64,000 nucleotides of DNA from an uncultured Bacillota bacterium. Its GTDB lineage: Bacteria > Bacillota > Clostridia > Christensenellales > UBA1242. The notes under the pieces are model-generated. The model had not been told where the DNA came from and searched no databases. It was given only the letters and a program-made list of their open reading frames with translations. Location of the stretch: positions 3,400 to 67,399 of the forward strand of contig CASFBF010000008.1 of the NCBI GenBank assembly GCA_949292985.1, given 5' to 3'. Shown one piece after another: positions 1 to 11,000 of this stretch; the stretch's first letter is position 1, and each line of letters begins with the position of its first letter. Made by a program: the position numbers and the translations under genes.

Positions 1-287
1 GTTATTCTAACAGATGTAGTTCCAACGCTGTGTGCATAAACTATTCCGCTTTCAATAGTTGCGATGTTTTCATCATAAACTTCGTAAGTATATTCAGCAT
101 TTTCAAGCGAACAAGATATTTCTAAACTTTTTGAAGTTGAAACAGGCAAAGTCAAAGAGTCTGCTGAAAGAGACAACGCACTATGCTCTGGGCGAGAAAA
201 AACTACGCTCAGTGAAATTACAGCGCAAATTAAAACAAGGATAACTCCCAAATACATCCACTTGTTTTTAAGCAACTTTGTTTTCAT
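1..287 (-). CDS. Surface protein, N-terminal fragment (signal anchor + Big_2-like Ig domain); continues past the window start
   Basis: ATG at 287-285 and an open frame to position 1 (absent from the ORF track because it runs off the edge): MKTKLLKNKWMYLGVILVLICAVISLS..SLTLPV..YAHSVGTTSVRI. Same style as the N-terminus of the giant protein at 8030-19228. No clear RBS. Confidence 0.5.
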   Translation of the reverse strand, partial: MKTKLLKNKWMYLGVILVLICAVISLSVVFSRPEHSALSLSADSLTLPVSTSKSLEISCSLENAEYTYEVYDENIATIESGIVYAHSVGTTSVRI

Positions 288-343
288 ACACAAATATTTT
301 AGTCTATTTGTGTCGAATAACAAAGTAATTTTGCTTAATTTGT

Positions 344-775
344 TTATAAAATTACAGTAAAAGGCCCGTCATTAGTAAGTCTTACAATCATATGCACCCC
401 AAATACGCCTGTGCAAACTTTTATTCCCACTTTTCTGATTTCGTTCACAAACAAATCAAACAGAACTTTTGCTTGGTCTGGCCTCATCGCTTGTGAAAAA
501 CTTGGTCGAAAACCATGCGAACAATCACCGCATAATGTAAATTGTGAAACCGCCAAAATTTCTCCGCCAACATCGGTCAATGATAAGTTGGTTTTGCCAT
601 TATCGTCGGGAAATATTCTAAGCCCAGCAACTTTCTTTGCCTTTTTTTCTACCACTTCTTTTGTGTCGCCTTCTTCTATGCCTACAAGCACTAAAAAACC
701 CGTTTTTATTTTTGATACTTCTTTTTCTTCAACGCAAACACTTGCATTTTGAACTCTTTGCAAAACTATTTTCAT
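344..775 (-). CDS. dtd: D-aminoacyl-tRNA deacylase
   Basis: MKIVLQRV..GFLVLVG..SQFTLCGD..GxRPSF..NDGPFT motifs. Start moved to the internal MKIV with a GGAAGAG RBS. Confidence 0.9.
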   Translation of the reverse strand: MKIVLQRVQNASVCVEEKEVSKIKTGFLVLVGIEEGDTKEVVEKKAKKVAGLRIFPDDNGKTNLSLTDVGGEILAVSQFTLCGDCSHGFRPSFSQAMRPDQAKVLFDLFVNEIRKVGIKVCTGVFGVHMIVRLTNDGPFTVIL

Positions 776-1458
776 TTTAACTCTTCCCAAAATTCAAATT
801 CAGGTTTTCTTTCGGCAATGTAATCATTAACGAACTTATCTAAAATTTTTGTTCTGCTAATCGCCATTTTTTTGCCAGTTTCTGTATTCATGCCATCTTT
901 CAAACGACAAAGTTTGTTATGAATATGGTGGACCATAGAAATATCGAATTTTTTTTCTTCGAAATCATCGTAATACAGGGGCTGATTTACATAGCAAACT
1001 ATTTTGTGAGAATTGCTATATTCGAAACACCTGAATAACCCGATGGCACCAATTGCATCCAAATTATCTGCATCTTGCAATATTTTACTTTCAATATCCG
1101 TAACCGAAACTTTTTCCTTTCCAAATGAATACTCTTCATGGTGTTCTATTGAATAAAGAATGTGTTTTTTCTTCTCAAACGGTAAATCCAATTCTTTTAA
1201 AAATTTTTTAACTTGTGGCAGACTTTCTTTTGGAGAAACATATTTACTTTTTTCCGCTTGCATTATTCTGTGGACATCATGTAATAGCGCAGAAAATATA
1301 ACGACTTCTAGGTCCCCACCTTCTTTTTTTTGCAATTTTTCTGCAATGAGCATGGTCCTTATTAAATGTCCCACACTATGCCCTGTTGTATCATTTTTGA
1401 AATAACTTTCTATTTGATTTATTAGATTTGCAACTTTAATTTTGGTTTCTTTTTTCAT
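772..1458 (-). CDS. HD-domain metal-dependent phosphohydrolase
   Basis: GHSVGH..LLHDVHR..DADNLDAIGAIG motifs. Start at MKKETK (cat at 1456-1458). Confidence 0.8.
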   Translation of the reverse strand: MKKETKIKVANLINQIESYFKNDTTGHSVGHLIRTMLIAEKLQKKEGGDLEVVIFSALLHDVHRIMQAEKSKYVSPKESLPQVKKFLKELDLPFEKKKHILYSIEHHEEYSFGKEKVSVTDIESKILQDADNLDAIGAIGLFRCFEYSNSHKIVCYVNQPLYYDDFEEKKFDISMVHHIHNKLCRLKDGMNTETGKKMAISRTKILDKFVNDYIAERKPEFEFWEELK

Positions 1459-1645
1459 ATCTAAATAATAACACAAAGAAAATAAAGATCCAAATATAAC
1501 AATAATAGTAAATTAAATTTATAACAAAGATTATTTATAAACGAAAACTAAACTTAAAATAATGCAACAAATAGTTTTACACTATCAAAATAAAATTGCA
1601 ATTTTTAATAAAATATGTTAATATTTCCTAGTAAGGAGATTTAAC

Positions 1646-2035
1646 ATGGAAAACGTAATTAAAAATATGAATATCAGACCAATGTTGGAAAGAGCAGAGT
1701 TTGAAAGAGTTGAACTGCCTAAACAAGGTGAATCAATCAATTTTCAAATATCAGATGATGTAACTGTAAAACTTTTAAACGATCAAATTGCAAAAGTAAC
1801 AGTTGCGAGAAGCGTGGTTTCAAATCCAGAAAGAATATTTAAAATCTATGTTGAAATGAGTGCTGATGTGCTTGTTGAAAAAAAATATTTTGATGAACTT
1901 AAAGACCCTGCTGATTATTTCAAACGCACCCCTATTTGCAGGGCGCTTGCCGCACAAATTGCAAACCTTATTTCCAACATGACAGTATGTTCAGCAATTG
2001 GCCCAATGATAACCGAACCTTTTGTAAGGGCTTAA
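1646..2035 (+). CDS. Hypothetical protein (129 aa)
   Basis: ORF with AAGGAG RBS upstream and a terminator downstream. No recognisable motif. Confidence 0.5.
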   Translation: MENVIKNMNIRPMLERAEFERVELPKQGESINFQISDDVTVKLLNDQIAKVTVARSVVSNPERIFKIYVEMSADVLVEKKYFDELKDPADYFKRTPICRALAAQIANLISNMTVCSAIGPMITEPFVRA

Positions 2036-2042
2036 AAAATAA

Positions 2043-2070
2043 AACCTCTAACAAATGTTAGAGGTTTTTT
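2043..2070. terminator. Bidirectional intrinsic terminator shared by the 1646 ORF and gltX
   Basis: aacctctaac-aaat-gttagaggtt stem flanked by an A-run and a T-run. Overlaps the gltX stop codon. Confidence 0.7.
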
Positions 2071-3494
2071 ATTGCCAATTCAATTCTTTGCAAACTTTCA
2101 TCTTTACCCAAAACTTCCAATATTTCGGTTGCCCCACCAGGTGTGGCTTGCGTGAAAGTTAAAGCAATTCTCACAATCCACATCAATGCGCCAACCTTAA
2201 TATTCAATTTTTCAGCCAACGATGAAAGCGCTTCGAATAACACATCGTTTGAAAAATCTTTTACCTCTTGCAAGCAATTTTGAACAAGTTGCAAAACTTC
2301 CTTTGCTTGCTGAGCAGAAGTTTTATTTTTTTTGTTTTCAAAAAGAGTTGCATCAAATTCTTGTCTCTTATAAAAAATTTGTGTAACTCTTTCAATATCT
2401 GAAAGTTTTTCAATTCTAGGTTGAATGAGTTTTAAAATTTTATCTTCATTTTTCCCTTTCAACTCGCTTGGTAAATACTTTTGCGCTAACTCTTTAAAGT
2501 TATCAAATTCAAGATTTGCAATGTATGCTTTATTAAACCAATTCAATTTTTCATAATCAAATACCGATGGCGATTTATTAATTTCTTCAATCTTAAAAAG
2601 TTTTTTAAGTTGGTCAAGAGTAAAAAACTCTTCTGTTGTTTGTTTTGATTTCCAACCCAAGAAGGCAATATAATTTATAATTGCTTCTGGCAAATAACCT
2701 TCATCTGTTAAATCTTGAAAACTTACTGCACCATGTCGTTTTGAAAGTTTTGAAAAACTTCCATCTTCATTTTTTCCCATCAAAAGAGGCAGATGCACAT
2801 ACTTTGGTCTTTCCCACCCGAAGGCGTCATATAAAAGCACATGTTTTGGAGATGAAGAAATATATTCACTTCCCCTAACTACATGTGTTACGCCCATTAA
2901 ATAATCATCAACAACATGGGCAAAATTGTAAGTTGGAAGCCCGTCGGATTTCAGCAAAATAATGTCTTGCAACTCTTCATTTTTCACTGTTACATGACCA
3001 AAAACCATATCATCAAAAGATGTTTCGCCTGTTATAGGCATTTTTTGCCTTATAACATATGGCACATTATTTTTCAAGTTTTCTTCAACCTGTTCTTTGG
3101 TCAAGTTTCTACAATGCCTGTCGTATTCAAATGCGCCTTCATCTGTTTTTAAACTTTCCAATCTTTCTTTGGTGCAAAAACAATAATACGCTCCACCTTT
3201 TTCTACAAGCAATTCTGCGTATTTTTTGTAAATATCCTTTCTTTCACTTTGAACATATGGCGCACTCGGCCCACCAATATTTGGGCCTTCGTCATATTCA
3301 ATTCCCGCCTTTTTAAGTGTTTTATAAATAAGTTCGGTTGCTCCGTCAACAAATCGTTCTTGGTCAGTATCTTCAATACGCAATATGAATTTCCCGTTAT
3401 TTGCGCGAGCAATAAGATATGCATAAAGTGCTGTTCGCAAGTTCCCAACATGCATATAACCTGTCGGGCTTGGAGCAAATCTGGTTACTACCAT
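2058..3494 (-). CDS. gltX: Glutamyl-tRNA synthetase
   Basis: MVVTRFAPSPTGYMHVGNLRTALYAYL (HIGH-type) and KLSKRHG (KMSKS-type). Start at 3494 with AAGGAGAA RBS; the 63-codon upstream extension in the ORF track overlaps dnaB and is rejected. Confidence 0.93.
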   Translation of the reverse strand: MVVTRFAPSPTGYMHVGNLRTALYAYLIARANNGKFILRIEDTDQERFVDGATELIYKTLKKAGIEYDEGPNIGGPSAPYVQSERKDIYKKYAELLVEKGGAYYCFCTKERLESLKTDEGAFEYDRHCRNLTKEQVEENLKNNVPYVIRQKMPITGETSFDDMVFGHVTVKNEELQDIILLKSDGLPTYNFAHVVDDYLMGVTHVVRGSEYISSSPKHVLLYDAFGWERPKYVHLPLLMGKNEDGSFSKLSKRHGAVSFQDLTDEGYLPEAIINYIAFLGWKSKQTTEEFFTLDQLKKLFKIEEINKSPSVFDYEKLNWFNKAYIANLEFDNFKELAQKYLPSELKGKNEDKILKLIQPRIEKLSDIERVTQIFYKRQEFDATLFENKKNKTSAQQAKEVLQLVQNCLQEVKDFSNDVLFEALSSLAEKLNIKVGALMWIVRIALTFTQATPGGATEILEVLGKDESLQRIELAIKNL

Positions 3495-3504
3495 TTTTTT
3501 CTCC

Positions 3505-4935
3505 TTAAATAAGTTCGTCATAATCTTCTTCAAGTTCTTTAAGTTCTGCCTCTTCAATTGGCGCTTCTTCCAATTTTTTAGGCTTTTGATATTTAACTTT
3601 TTCTTCCATTCCAACAAAAGTGGTGTATTCGCCAATCCACCTGAGTTTAATTGACCCAACTTGTCCGTTTCTGTGTTTTGCAAAAATCAATTCTACTACA
3701 CCAGGTTCATCTTCTGTTGGTGTATCGTTATATTTTTCAGGATTGTGTAAGAACATTACAATATCTGCATCCTGTTCAATGGCACCAGAATCCCTAAGGT
3801 CTGAAAGTTGAGGTCTGTGCCCTTCACGCTTTTCAATATCACGAGAAAGTTGGCTTAGAACAATGATTGGAACATTAAGTTCTTTTGCTGCAACTTTTAA
3901 ATTTCTTGAAATTTCAGAAATCTCGCTTTGACGATTTTCTTTTTTCTTCCCATCGGCAGTCATCAGTTGCAGATAGTCTATCATGATTAAATCAAGTTTC
4001 CCCTCTTTCGCTTTTAGACGCCTGCACTTTGAAAGCAATGTTGCTGGCGTGGTAAGGCTGGAATCGTCTATAAATAATTTGCTGTTTTCAAGTTGTTTTG
4101 TAGCGCTCCAAATTCTTTTCCATTCATCACTGGTCATCTTTCCAGTAAGAGCGTTTTGCATTGGAACCTTTGCCAGAGAGCATAAAGCCCTTTGTGTAAG
4201 TTGTTCTTTTGACATTTCAAGCGAGAAAACTGCACAACTTTTTCCTTCTTTAACAGCAATGTTTGTAACAAGGTTCATTGCAAAACTTGTTTTTCCCACA
4301 CTAGGTCGTGCTGCCAGCAAAATTAAATCTGATTTTTGTAAACCGTTTGTAATTCCATCTATATCTCTATAACCTGTTGACAGTCCTCGCAAAGAATTTG
4401 GATCTTTTGCGACTTTGTCAAATTTGTCAATAACCGACTTAATTGCACCGTTAGGCTTGCCAATATGTTCAAGTTGTGAAACTTCTTCCTTTTCAGAAAT
4501 TGAATAAATTTCTGCTTCCGAATAGGCGAGCACATCTTCTTTATCCTCGTCCGAATAAGCCTTTTCAATAATGTTTTGCCCGCTTTTTATCAACATTCTG
4601 CGAATAGAATTTGATTTTACAATATCAACATAAAATTTATAGTTTGCTGCCGATGGAACGACATTAGACAAAAAGTTTATGTAATCAATTCCACCAATTA
4701 CATCAATCTTCCCTTCTCTTTCCAATTCTTCGGTTAAAGTTACGAAGTCAATAGGCGTGTTCTTTTGAAAAATTTTAACCATTGCAGAAAAAATGTTTTT
4801 ATGTGCATCGGTGTAAAAATCATCACTTTTAAGCATTGACATGATTTCAGTTTGGCACATAGAATCGATCAGCAAACATCCAAGCGTTGCTTGTTCTGCA
4901 TCAAGATTATGGGGCATCATTTTATAATCTGGCAT
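3505..4935 (-). CDS. dnaB: Replicative DNA helicase DnaB
   Basis: PHNLDAEQATLGCLL N-terminal motif, Walker A ARPSVGKTSF, LIMIDYLQLM, RQSEISEISRNLK. Confidence 0.93.
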   Translation of the reverse strand: MPDYKMMPHNLDAEQATLGCLLIDSMCQTEIMSMLKSDDFYTDAHKNIFSAMVKIFQKNTPIDFVTLTEELEREGKIDVIGGIDYINFLSNVVPSAANYKFYVDIVKSNSIRRMLIKSGQNIIEKAYSDEDKEDVLAYSEAEIYSISEKEEVSQLEHIGKPNGAIKSVIDKFDKVAKDPNSLRGLSTGYRDIDGITNGLQKSDLILLAARPSVGKTSFAMNLVTNIAVKEGKSCAVFSLEMSKEQLTQRALCSLAKVPMQNALTGKMTSDEWKRIWSATKQLENSKLFIDDSSLTTPATLLSKCRRLKAKEGKLDLIMIDYLQLMTADGKKKENRQSEISEISRNLKVAAKELNVPIIVLSQLSRDIEKREGHRPQLSDLRDSGAIEQDADIVMFLHNPEKYNDTPTEDEPGVVELIFAKHRNGQVGSIKLRWIGEYTTFVGMEEKVKYQKPKKLEEAPIEEAELKELEEDYDELI

Positions 4936-4944
4936 AATAACTCC

Positions 4945-5208
4945 TTATTCTTCTGAAAACGGATCGTCTGGTGGCGACTGGTCTTCTTTTTCTTTCTTCT
5001 TTTTGTCAATGATAGCACAAATCCATAGAAACAGCAAATAAAACGCTCCCGCAAGCAAAACTATGATAAGCATGTTAAGCCACTGCGGAATGTTTGTGCA
5101 AACTATTAAAACGGCAGAAATGATAAGTGCAACAACAGCATAAACACCAATAAACCACATTGTTCGTTTAAGTTGTTTTTTTGCTTCTCGTTTGCCTCCG
5201 TTTTCCAT
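4945..5208 (-). CDS. Small membrane protein (2 TM), unknown function
   Basis: 87-aa ORF with two hydrophobic helices and an acidic tail. Packed tightly between typA and dnaB. Confidence 0.5.
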   Translation of the reverse strand: MENGGKREAKKQLKRTMWFIGVYAVVALIISAVLIVCTNIPQWLNMLIIVLLAGAFYLLFLWICAIIDKKKKEKEDQSPPDDPFSEE

Positions 5209-5216
5209 AATCCCTC

Positions 5217-7049
5217 CTAAATTTCTCCACGCATCTGCTTTGCTTTATCACGCATTCTCATTGTGTGGTCAAGAATAGTTTTTCTTATTCTAACATTTTT
5301 TGGAGTAATTTCCAACAATTCGTCGTCTGCTAAAAATTCAATAGCGTCTTCTAGGCTAAGCACTTTTGGAGGAGTAAGCCTTAACGCCTCGTCCGAACCA
5401 GAAGCACGGCAGTTTGAAAGATGCTTTTTCTTGCAAACATTTACTACAATATCTCCACCTTTTGGATTTTCGCCTACAACCATACCTGCATAGACTTTTG
5501 TTCCTGCTCCAATAAACAAATCCCCACGCTCCTGAGCATTGTATAAGCCATAAACAATAGCCTCGCCTGCTTCATGCGCAATCAACGAACCAACATCACG
5601 CCTTTGTATTTCGCCTTTATATGGTGCATAACCTTCGAAAATTGAGTTAATAACGCCTTCTCCACGGGTGTCTGTTAAAAGTTCGCTTTTAAAACCAAAC
5701 AATCCACGAGATGGAATTAAAAATTCCATTTTCATTCTGTTGCCATGTGGAGTCATTTGCACAAGGTCGCCTTTTCGAACGCCCATTTTATTCATAACAG
5801 TTCCAACGCTATCTTCTGGCACATCTAAGAACAATCTATCAATAGGTTCTGATTTAACCCCATCAATATCTTTAATCAATACTTTTGGCATAGACACTTG
5901 AAATTCGTAGCCATCTCTACGCATGTTTTCAATCAAGATAGCAAGGTGCATTTCGCCTCTGCCCCTAACTATAAATTGGTCTGCGGTTTGTCCATCTTCA
6001 ACTTTAAGCGACAAGTCTTTTATTGCTTCTTTATAAAGCCTATCTCTCAAATGTCTGCTTGTAACAAACTTGCCTTCTGTTCCTGCAAAAGGAGAATTGT
6101 TAACCATAAAAGTCATTTCAATGCTTGGCTCGGCAATTTTAACAAACTCCATTGGCTGTGGATTTTCTTCGCCACAAATTGTATCACCAATATTAACTTG
6201 CTCTAAGCCTGCCACGCAAACAATTTCGCCAATTTCTGCCTGTTTAACTGGCGTTCTTTTCAACCCTTCAAACACAAAAAGGGATACTATTTTTGCTTTT
6301 TGTTTTTTCTCTGGCTCATAGAAATTGCAAACTACAACATTTTGCCCTTCTTTAATGCTTCCCTGAGTAATTTTCCCAACAGCAAGTTTTCCAACATAAT
6401 CGTTGTGCTCTGCCGATGAAACAAGCATTTGTAAAGGTTGATTTTCATCACCTTCTGGTGCAGGAATATAGTTTAGAATTGTTTCAAAAAGAGCCTTCAA
6501 ATTTTCACCTTGTTGATTATAATCAAGTGAAGAAGTTCCCTTTTTTGCAGAACAGAACACGAATGGCGAATTAAGTTGGTCGTCATTTGCATCAAGTTCT
6601 AAAAATAGTTCCAAAACCTCATCAATAACTTCTTTTGGTCTGGCATCTGGCTTGTCAATTTTGTTAACCACAACCACAACTTTTAAGTTAAGTTCATGGG
6701 CTTTTTGAAGCACAAAGCGTGTTTGAGGCATAGGCCCTTCAAAAGCGTCAACCAATAACAAAACGCCATCAACCATTTTTAATACTCTTTCCACCTCGCC
6801 ACCAAAGTCGGCGTGTCCTGGGGTATCGATGATATTGATTTTAACACCATTATAAATGCAAGAGGTGTTTTTCGCTAATATTGTTATACCTCTTTCCTTT
6901 TCCAAAGCGTTACTGTCCATAACACGGTCTTCAACCACCTGATTTTCTCTAAACACATTTCCTTGTTTAAGCATTTCGTTTACAAGCGAAGTTTTACCGT
7001 GGTCTACGTGTGCAATTATTGCAACATTTCTAATCTTTTCATTTGTCAT
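5217..7049 (-). CDS. typA: Translational GTPase TypA/BipA
   Basis: [38 protein letters not shown]. 610 aa. Confidence 0.93.
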   Translation of the reverse strand: MTNEKIRNVAIIAHVDHGKTSLVNEMLKQGNVFRENQVVEDRVMDSNALEKERGITILAKNTSCIYNGVKINIIDTPGHADFGGEVERVLKMVDGVLLLVDAFEGPMPQTRFVLQKAHELNLKVVVVVNKIDKPDARPKEVIDEVLELFLELDANDDQLNSPFVFCSAKKGTSSLDYNQQGENLKALFETILNYIPAPEGDENQPLQMLVSSAEHNDYVGKLAVGKITQGSIKEGQNVVVCNFYEPEKKQKAKIVSLFVFEGLKRTPVKQAEIGEIVCVAGLEQVNIGDTICGEENPQPMEFVKIAEPSIEMTFMVNNSPFAGTEGKFVTSRHLRDRLYKEAIKDLSLKVEDGQTADQFIVRGRGEMHLAILIENMRRDGYEFQVSMPKVLIKDIDGVKSEPIDRLFLDVPEDSVGTVMNKMGVRKGDLVQMTPHGNRMKMEFLIPSRGLFGFKSELLTDTRGEGVINSIFEGYAPYKGEIQRRDVGSLIAHEAGEAIVYGLYNAQERGDLFIGAGTKVYAGMVVGENPKGGDIVVNVCKKKHLSNCRASGSDEALRLTPPKVLSLEDAIEFLADDELLEITPKNVRIRKTILDHTMRMRDKAKQMRGEI

Positions 7050-7103
7050 AATTCGTTTTTTCCCTTTTAACGATTTAGTATATCACAAAAATAATTATTT
7101 TCA

Positions 7104-7135
7104 ATAAAAAAGAAGGTTTTTACACCTTCTTTTTT
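7104..7135 (-). terminator. Intrinsic terminator after the 7120-8010 gene
   Basis: agaaggt-6nt-accttct stem followed by a T-run on the minus strand. Overlaps the stop codon. Confidence 0.6.
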
Positions 7136-8010
7136 GATGATTTTTTAGTTTTTGAAACGATGAATATAATTCCAGCGCCTATTCCCGCTACTCCAAGCGC
7201 ACTACAAAGCGCAACAACATACCACCAACCTCTTTCAGCATTTACTGTTCTTATTTCAACAATTTTTTCTTCACTTAACGCCTGATAATCTTGTTGCCAA
7301 ACATGGTGATACATTCCGTCATAATATTTAACATCTGCGTTTGAATGAACACGCTTGTGATAGGTTACATAATCATATCTAAATTCTGGTGCTTCAAGAC
7401 CGTCCAATTCATCATTGAAATATTGTTGCACTACTGAATTGACAATATTGTAATATTTTTCACCCAATGTTTGGTTGTTTACTTGTTGTGAAAATATAAA
7501 TGTGGATTGTGAAACGTCTTCATTTAAAAATAAATTATCATCTTCTTGTTGCTCTTCCTCATCAGATGAAGATGGGTGATAATAATTCCATGCACCATAA
7601 CTTTTAAAAATAATACTAAACTCAACACAATCTGTTGCGCTATTATAATCTGCCTCTGTCATGGTTACATAGTCGCCACCTATAACATAATTGTTGTTTG
7701 GCGATTGTGAATAAATTGCAAAATAGTTTAAAAACATTACATTCCAAATTTGCAATCTAACCTGTCTTACAAGTTCGGCTAAATATTCACTTGTTTCATC
7801 TTCTGAAGCACCCTGCTCTGCAAAATAATCGGCGTTTGAAGGAAACGCAAAACTTTGTTTTACGCCAGTTTTTCCAACAACCAACTGTATTTGAAAAGCG
7901 TTGTTTGAAAACTGCGTATTAGAAGATGTTTGGCACCCAAACAATGGTATGGCTAAAAATAAGCACAATAAAAATACAAGGAGTTTTTTCATAAAATTAT
8001 CTTTATTCAA
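7120..8010 (-). CDS. Putative lipoprotein with C-terminal TM anchor, unknown function
   Basis: Signal peptide plus lipobox (LFGCQTSS), a C-terminal hydrophobic helix and a KKSSKKKV tail. Immediately downstream of the giant adhesin gene. Confidence 0.6.
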   Translation of the reverse strand: MNKDNFMKKLLVFLLCLFLAIPLFGCQTSSNTQFSNNAFQIQLVVGKTGVKQSFAFPSNADYFAEQGASEDETSEYLAELVRQVRLQIWNVMFLNYFAIYSQSPNNNYVIGGDYVTMTEADYNSATDCVEFSIIFKSYGAWNYYHPSSSDEEEQQEDDNLFLNEDVSQSTFIFSQQVNNQTLGEKYYNIVNSVVQQYFNDELDGLEAPEFRYDYVTYHKRVHSNADVKYYDGMYHHVWQQDYQALSEEKIVEIRTVNAERGWWYVVALCSALGVAGIGAGIIFIVSKTKKSSKKKV

Positions 8011-8029
8011 CTACGCAACCTTTTATTTA

Positions 8030-11000
8030 TTATTTCTTTAATATTTGAATGCTGTAACTATCAACACTGTCGTAAAGGACTTGCAAAGTATAATCACTGT
8101 TTCTGCATGTAATGTCAGTGTTTTGTACAATTTTCATGAATGTGATGCCAGATGGGTTGTAACTGGAATAAGTGTAATTTAGTCCAGAATCAGCGGTATA
8201 TGTTGCACTCCTTGCAAACAAATAGTTATAACCCGAATTTACTTTACCCATTCCCACAATGCCGGTGGCTTTCATACTTGTAACGCTGTATGCAATTCCT
8301 CCTGCATTCGCAGCCGTAATATTTCCTGCATTTGCTGAATGGTACATTGCTCCACCATAACTATGTGCAACTATCCCACCTGCATATGCCGAACCCTTTA
8401 TTGAAACGCAATTTAAATCAGCATTGTTTATAGTCATTTCTACAATTCCATTAACATTTGAAATAGCAATACCGCCAACCATAACATAACCATTTTGGTT
8501 ACTTGCAAAGTTTATATTTATTTTTCCATCATTTTTACAAAGTATAATTTGACTCTTTGTGCCATTATTAAACCCTACAAGTCCACCATACATAAAGTTT
8601 TGCGCACTTCTGTTATATGTATTTGAAATTTGTATTGAAGCCTGCGAAGTAAGTTGTTCAGCAATTTTGTTGTTAAGACCAATTACTGGTGCAACGGCTA
8701 ACCCGCTTGCCGAATTCATAGCATTTGTGAAAGTAATGTTTGAGGAAACAACATTTATATTTGAAACAATTCCATTGTTTGTTAAAACCAATCCTCCTAT
8801 AATTGCATTGGTCGACGAAAGTTGATCGGACAAAGTTGAATTAAAAGGCAACTTGAACGAGATATCCAAATTTTTAACTGTACCCCCTTCACCAATTTCT
8901 TTAAACACGCCCACGCCCTTTTCAAAAGAAATTGTTTGACTTCCAGCCGAAGAAGCAATTCGAGTAGAAATAGGCGTTTCAAGGGCCTCTAGTCCCGAAA
9001 TAGAAATATCAAATGTTTTTCCTCCGCCATCATACGAGCCCACAAAAACACTATCAATTATAAATTCATTAACTTCTGCGCTTATATTTTCGGTTTGTTT
9101 GAAATTATATGTTGTCTCATTATCTGTTACAGTTGTAAACGAAGTTTCATTTTTAACAATTTCTGCTGACCCTGAATATTGAGAAATTCTTTCTTCATAT
9201 ATTTTTTCTTTATAAGTATTATGATACTGTTTTTTCTCATAACGATAAGCAATATTTTCAAATTCATCAATGTTAGAAATCTGATATGGATTGTCTTGGC
9301 TACCATCTCCCAACGAGAACAAATTAAAGGACAGGTTTTGCGCCCCTGATATAGTTAAAGGTTTAGACAGCAAATTGTTTTGAGATTTTCTTGCTTGAAC
9401 TTTAAATTCTAAAATAGTACCAATTAAGTTAGGCTCAAAACTACTTACATAAATGCCGTTTTCGGAAACATTATAGTTGCCAAAAGAAGTTTGAATGTTT
9501 CCCAATGGCACATTATCATATTCACGTGTTACTCTGACAGTATGAACATAAGCACCGTCTTGATATTGATATTCGGTGACAATGGTTACTTTGAAATGAA
9601 CGTTCAACTCTTCCTCTTCAAAGTTGGAGTCTTTTTCTAAAAATCTATAAACATTTTCTGTTAGCACATAAACATTTTCTCCGCCTATAACAGCGTTTTG
9701 ATATGTTTTTGTTTGATCATAGTTCACAATGGTGATTGCTTGTCCATTTGGCATTTTAACTTCTGTCGTAAGTTCTTGATCGATATACAAAACAGAACTT
9801 TCCAAAACGGTGAAAGTAAGCGCGTTATCTCCATCTAGTTGATATTGTATAAGATTTGCTGGTACATAGTAAGTTTTTATATCTTGTTCAAACGGCATTT
9901 TTGCTTTTACTGCAAAATAATTTAAAGCATAAACATATCCAACACCAGTTGAAGTTTTTAATCCAGAAGGCTGATATGTTCCGTCTTCTTCAAGCGTATA
10001 CATATCAAGTTCTGTTAAAGTATAAATCCTTGTTTGACCGTTATCATCTTTTTGTGAATATGAGTTGAAAACATCTATGTAATAAGTCTTATATTCACCA
10101 GAATAATACATGATAGGAACAAAACTATCCCCTGCCAAATCCATTTGCTCGATAGTTAACTTCTGACCTCTATCAAGACCATATGGTGTGCCTGCGGTGT
10201 CCTTGTAAATTTTTGTGTCGCCTAAAGTTTTATTACTGAACTTAACACCATATGTCCAATAGAAAGTTTGTGAAACGTCATCAAAGTACATCAAATCTTG
10301 ATTTGACCATTCAACACTGTCAAATGATAATTTTGTTGATTTATAAGCGCTTAACAAATAATTTGTGTTTGCAGGTTCAAAAGGTATAGGTTGAACAAAT
10401 ATCTCAATACCTTCTGCATCTTTTGACAAGTAAATAGTGTTATTCCTTTCTCCTATTTCTCCACCTATTTGAATGTATAAAACTTTGTTAGCATTTGAAA
10501 TTATGAAAGTTTGCTCATTTTCAATCAGCGACGAATTGGCAGGAACGGTTATTTGTAAAGCAATGTCACTTTTGTTAGTAATTGAATTTCTTGTAAAGTA
10601 TGTTGAGAAATCCACCGAATTAAGTGTCATATCTCCTGTGCTTGAAATTTGGTCTGTATTAAAATCAGTTTGTTCAAGCACTGATAATATTCTTGCAGTT
10701 AAACTATCAAACATATAAGAAATGTTGGAATCTATTTTTCCTGTTTGAGTTGCAATAACCGCAAAGTTATATGATTGATTATCTTCCAACTGTTTTACAT
10801 CACTTGATAAAGTAAATGTGTAAGAAGATCCTTGTGAAGTTATTTCACCTTCAAGAAGAATTTTTCTGTTTTGTTCGGCATTATATACTTCAAAAACAGC
10901 ATTTTCCTGGTATTCCCAAGAAATTTTACCCTTTGTAATTTTAAAGTTTTGCACTTGTGTAGATCTTTGAATTAACAAGTCTTCACTCGTTCCTGTAAAA

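Noticed and set aside
59-244. 61-aa plus-strand ORF at the window start
   Set aside because: It lies antisense within the better-supported minus-strand Big_2 surface protein fragment (1-287). No RBS, and a lysine-rich junk-like sequence.
1646-2035. SecB-like chaperone assignment for the 129-aa ORF
   Set aside because: Only a vague resemblance in length and beta-rich pattern, with no diagnostic motif. Left as hypothetical.
3495-3683. N-terminal extensions in the ORF track (gltX to 3683, aspS to 27911, mnmE from 34993, mnmG from 36482, nrdD from 44278, the 49534 ORF to 50097, dut to 50631, ATPase from 57377, recombinase 2 to 60952)
   Set aside because: In each case an internal start with a good RBS matches the conserved N-terminus. 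The extension overlaps a neighbouring gene, the T-box leader, NrdR boxes or the four-way-junction element.
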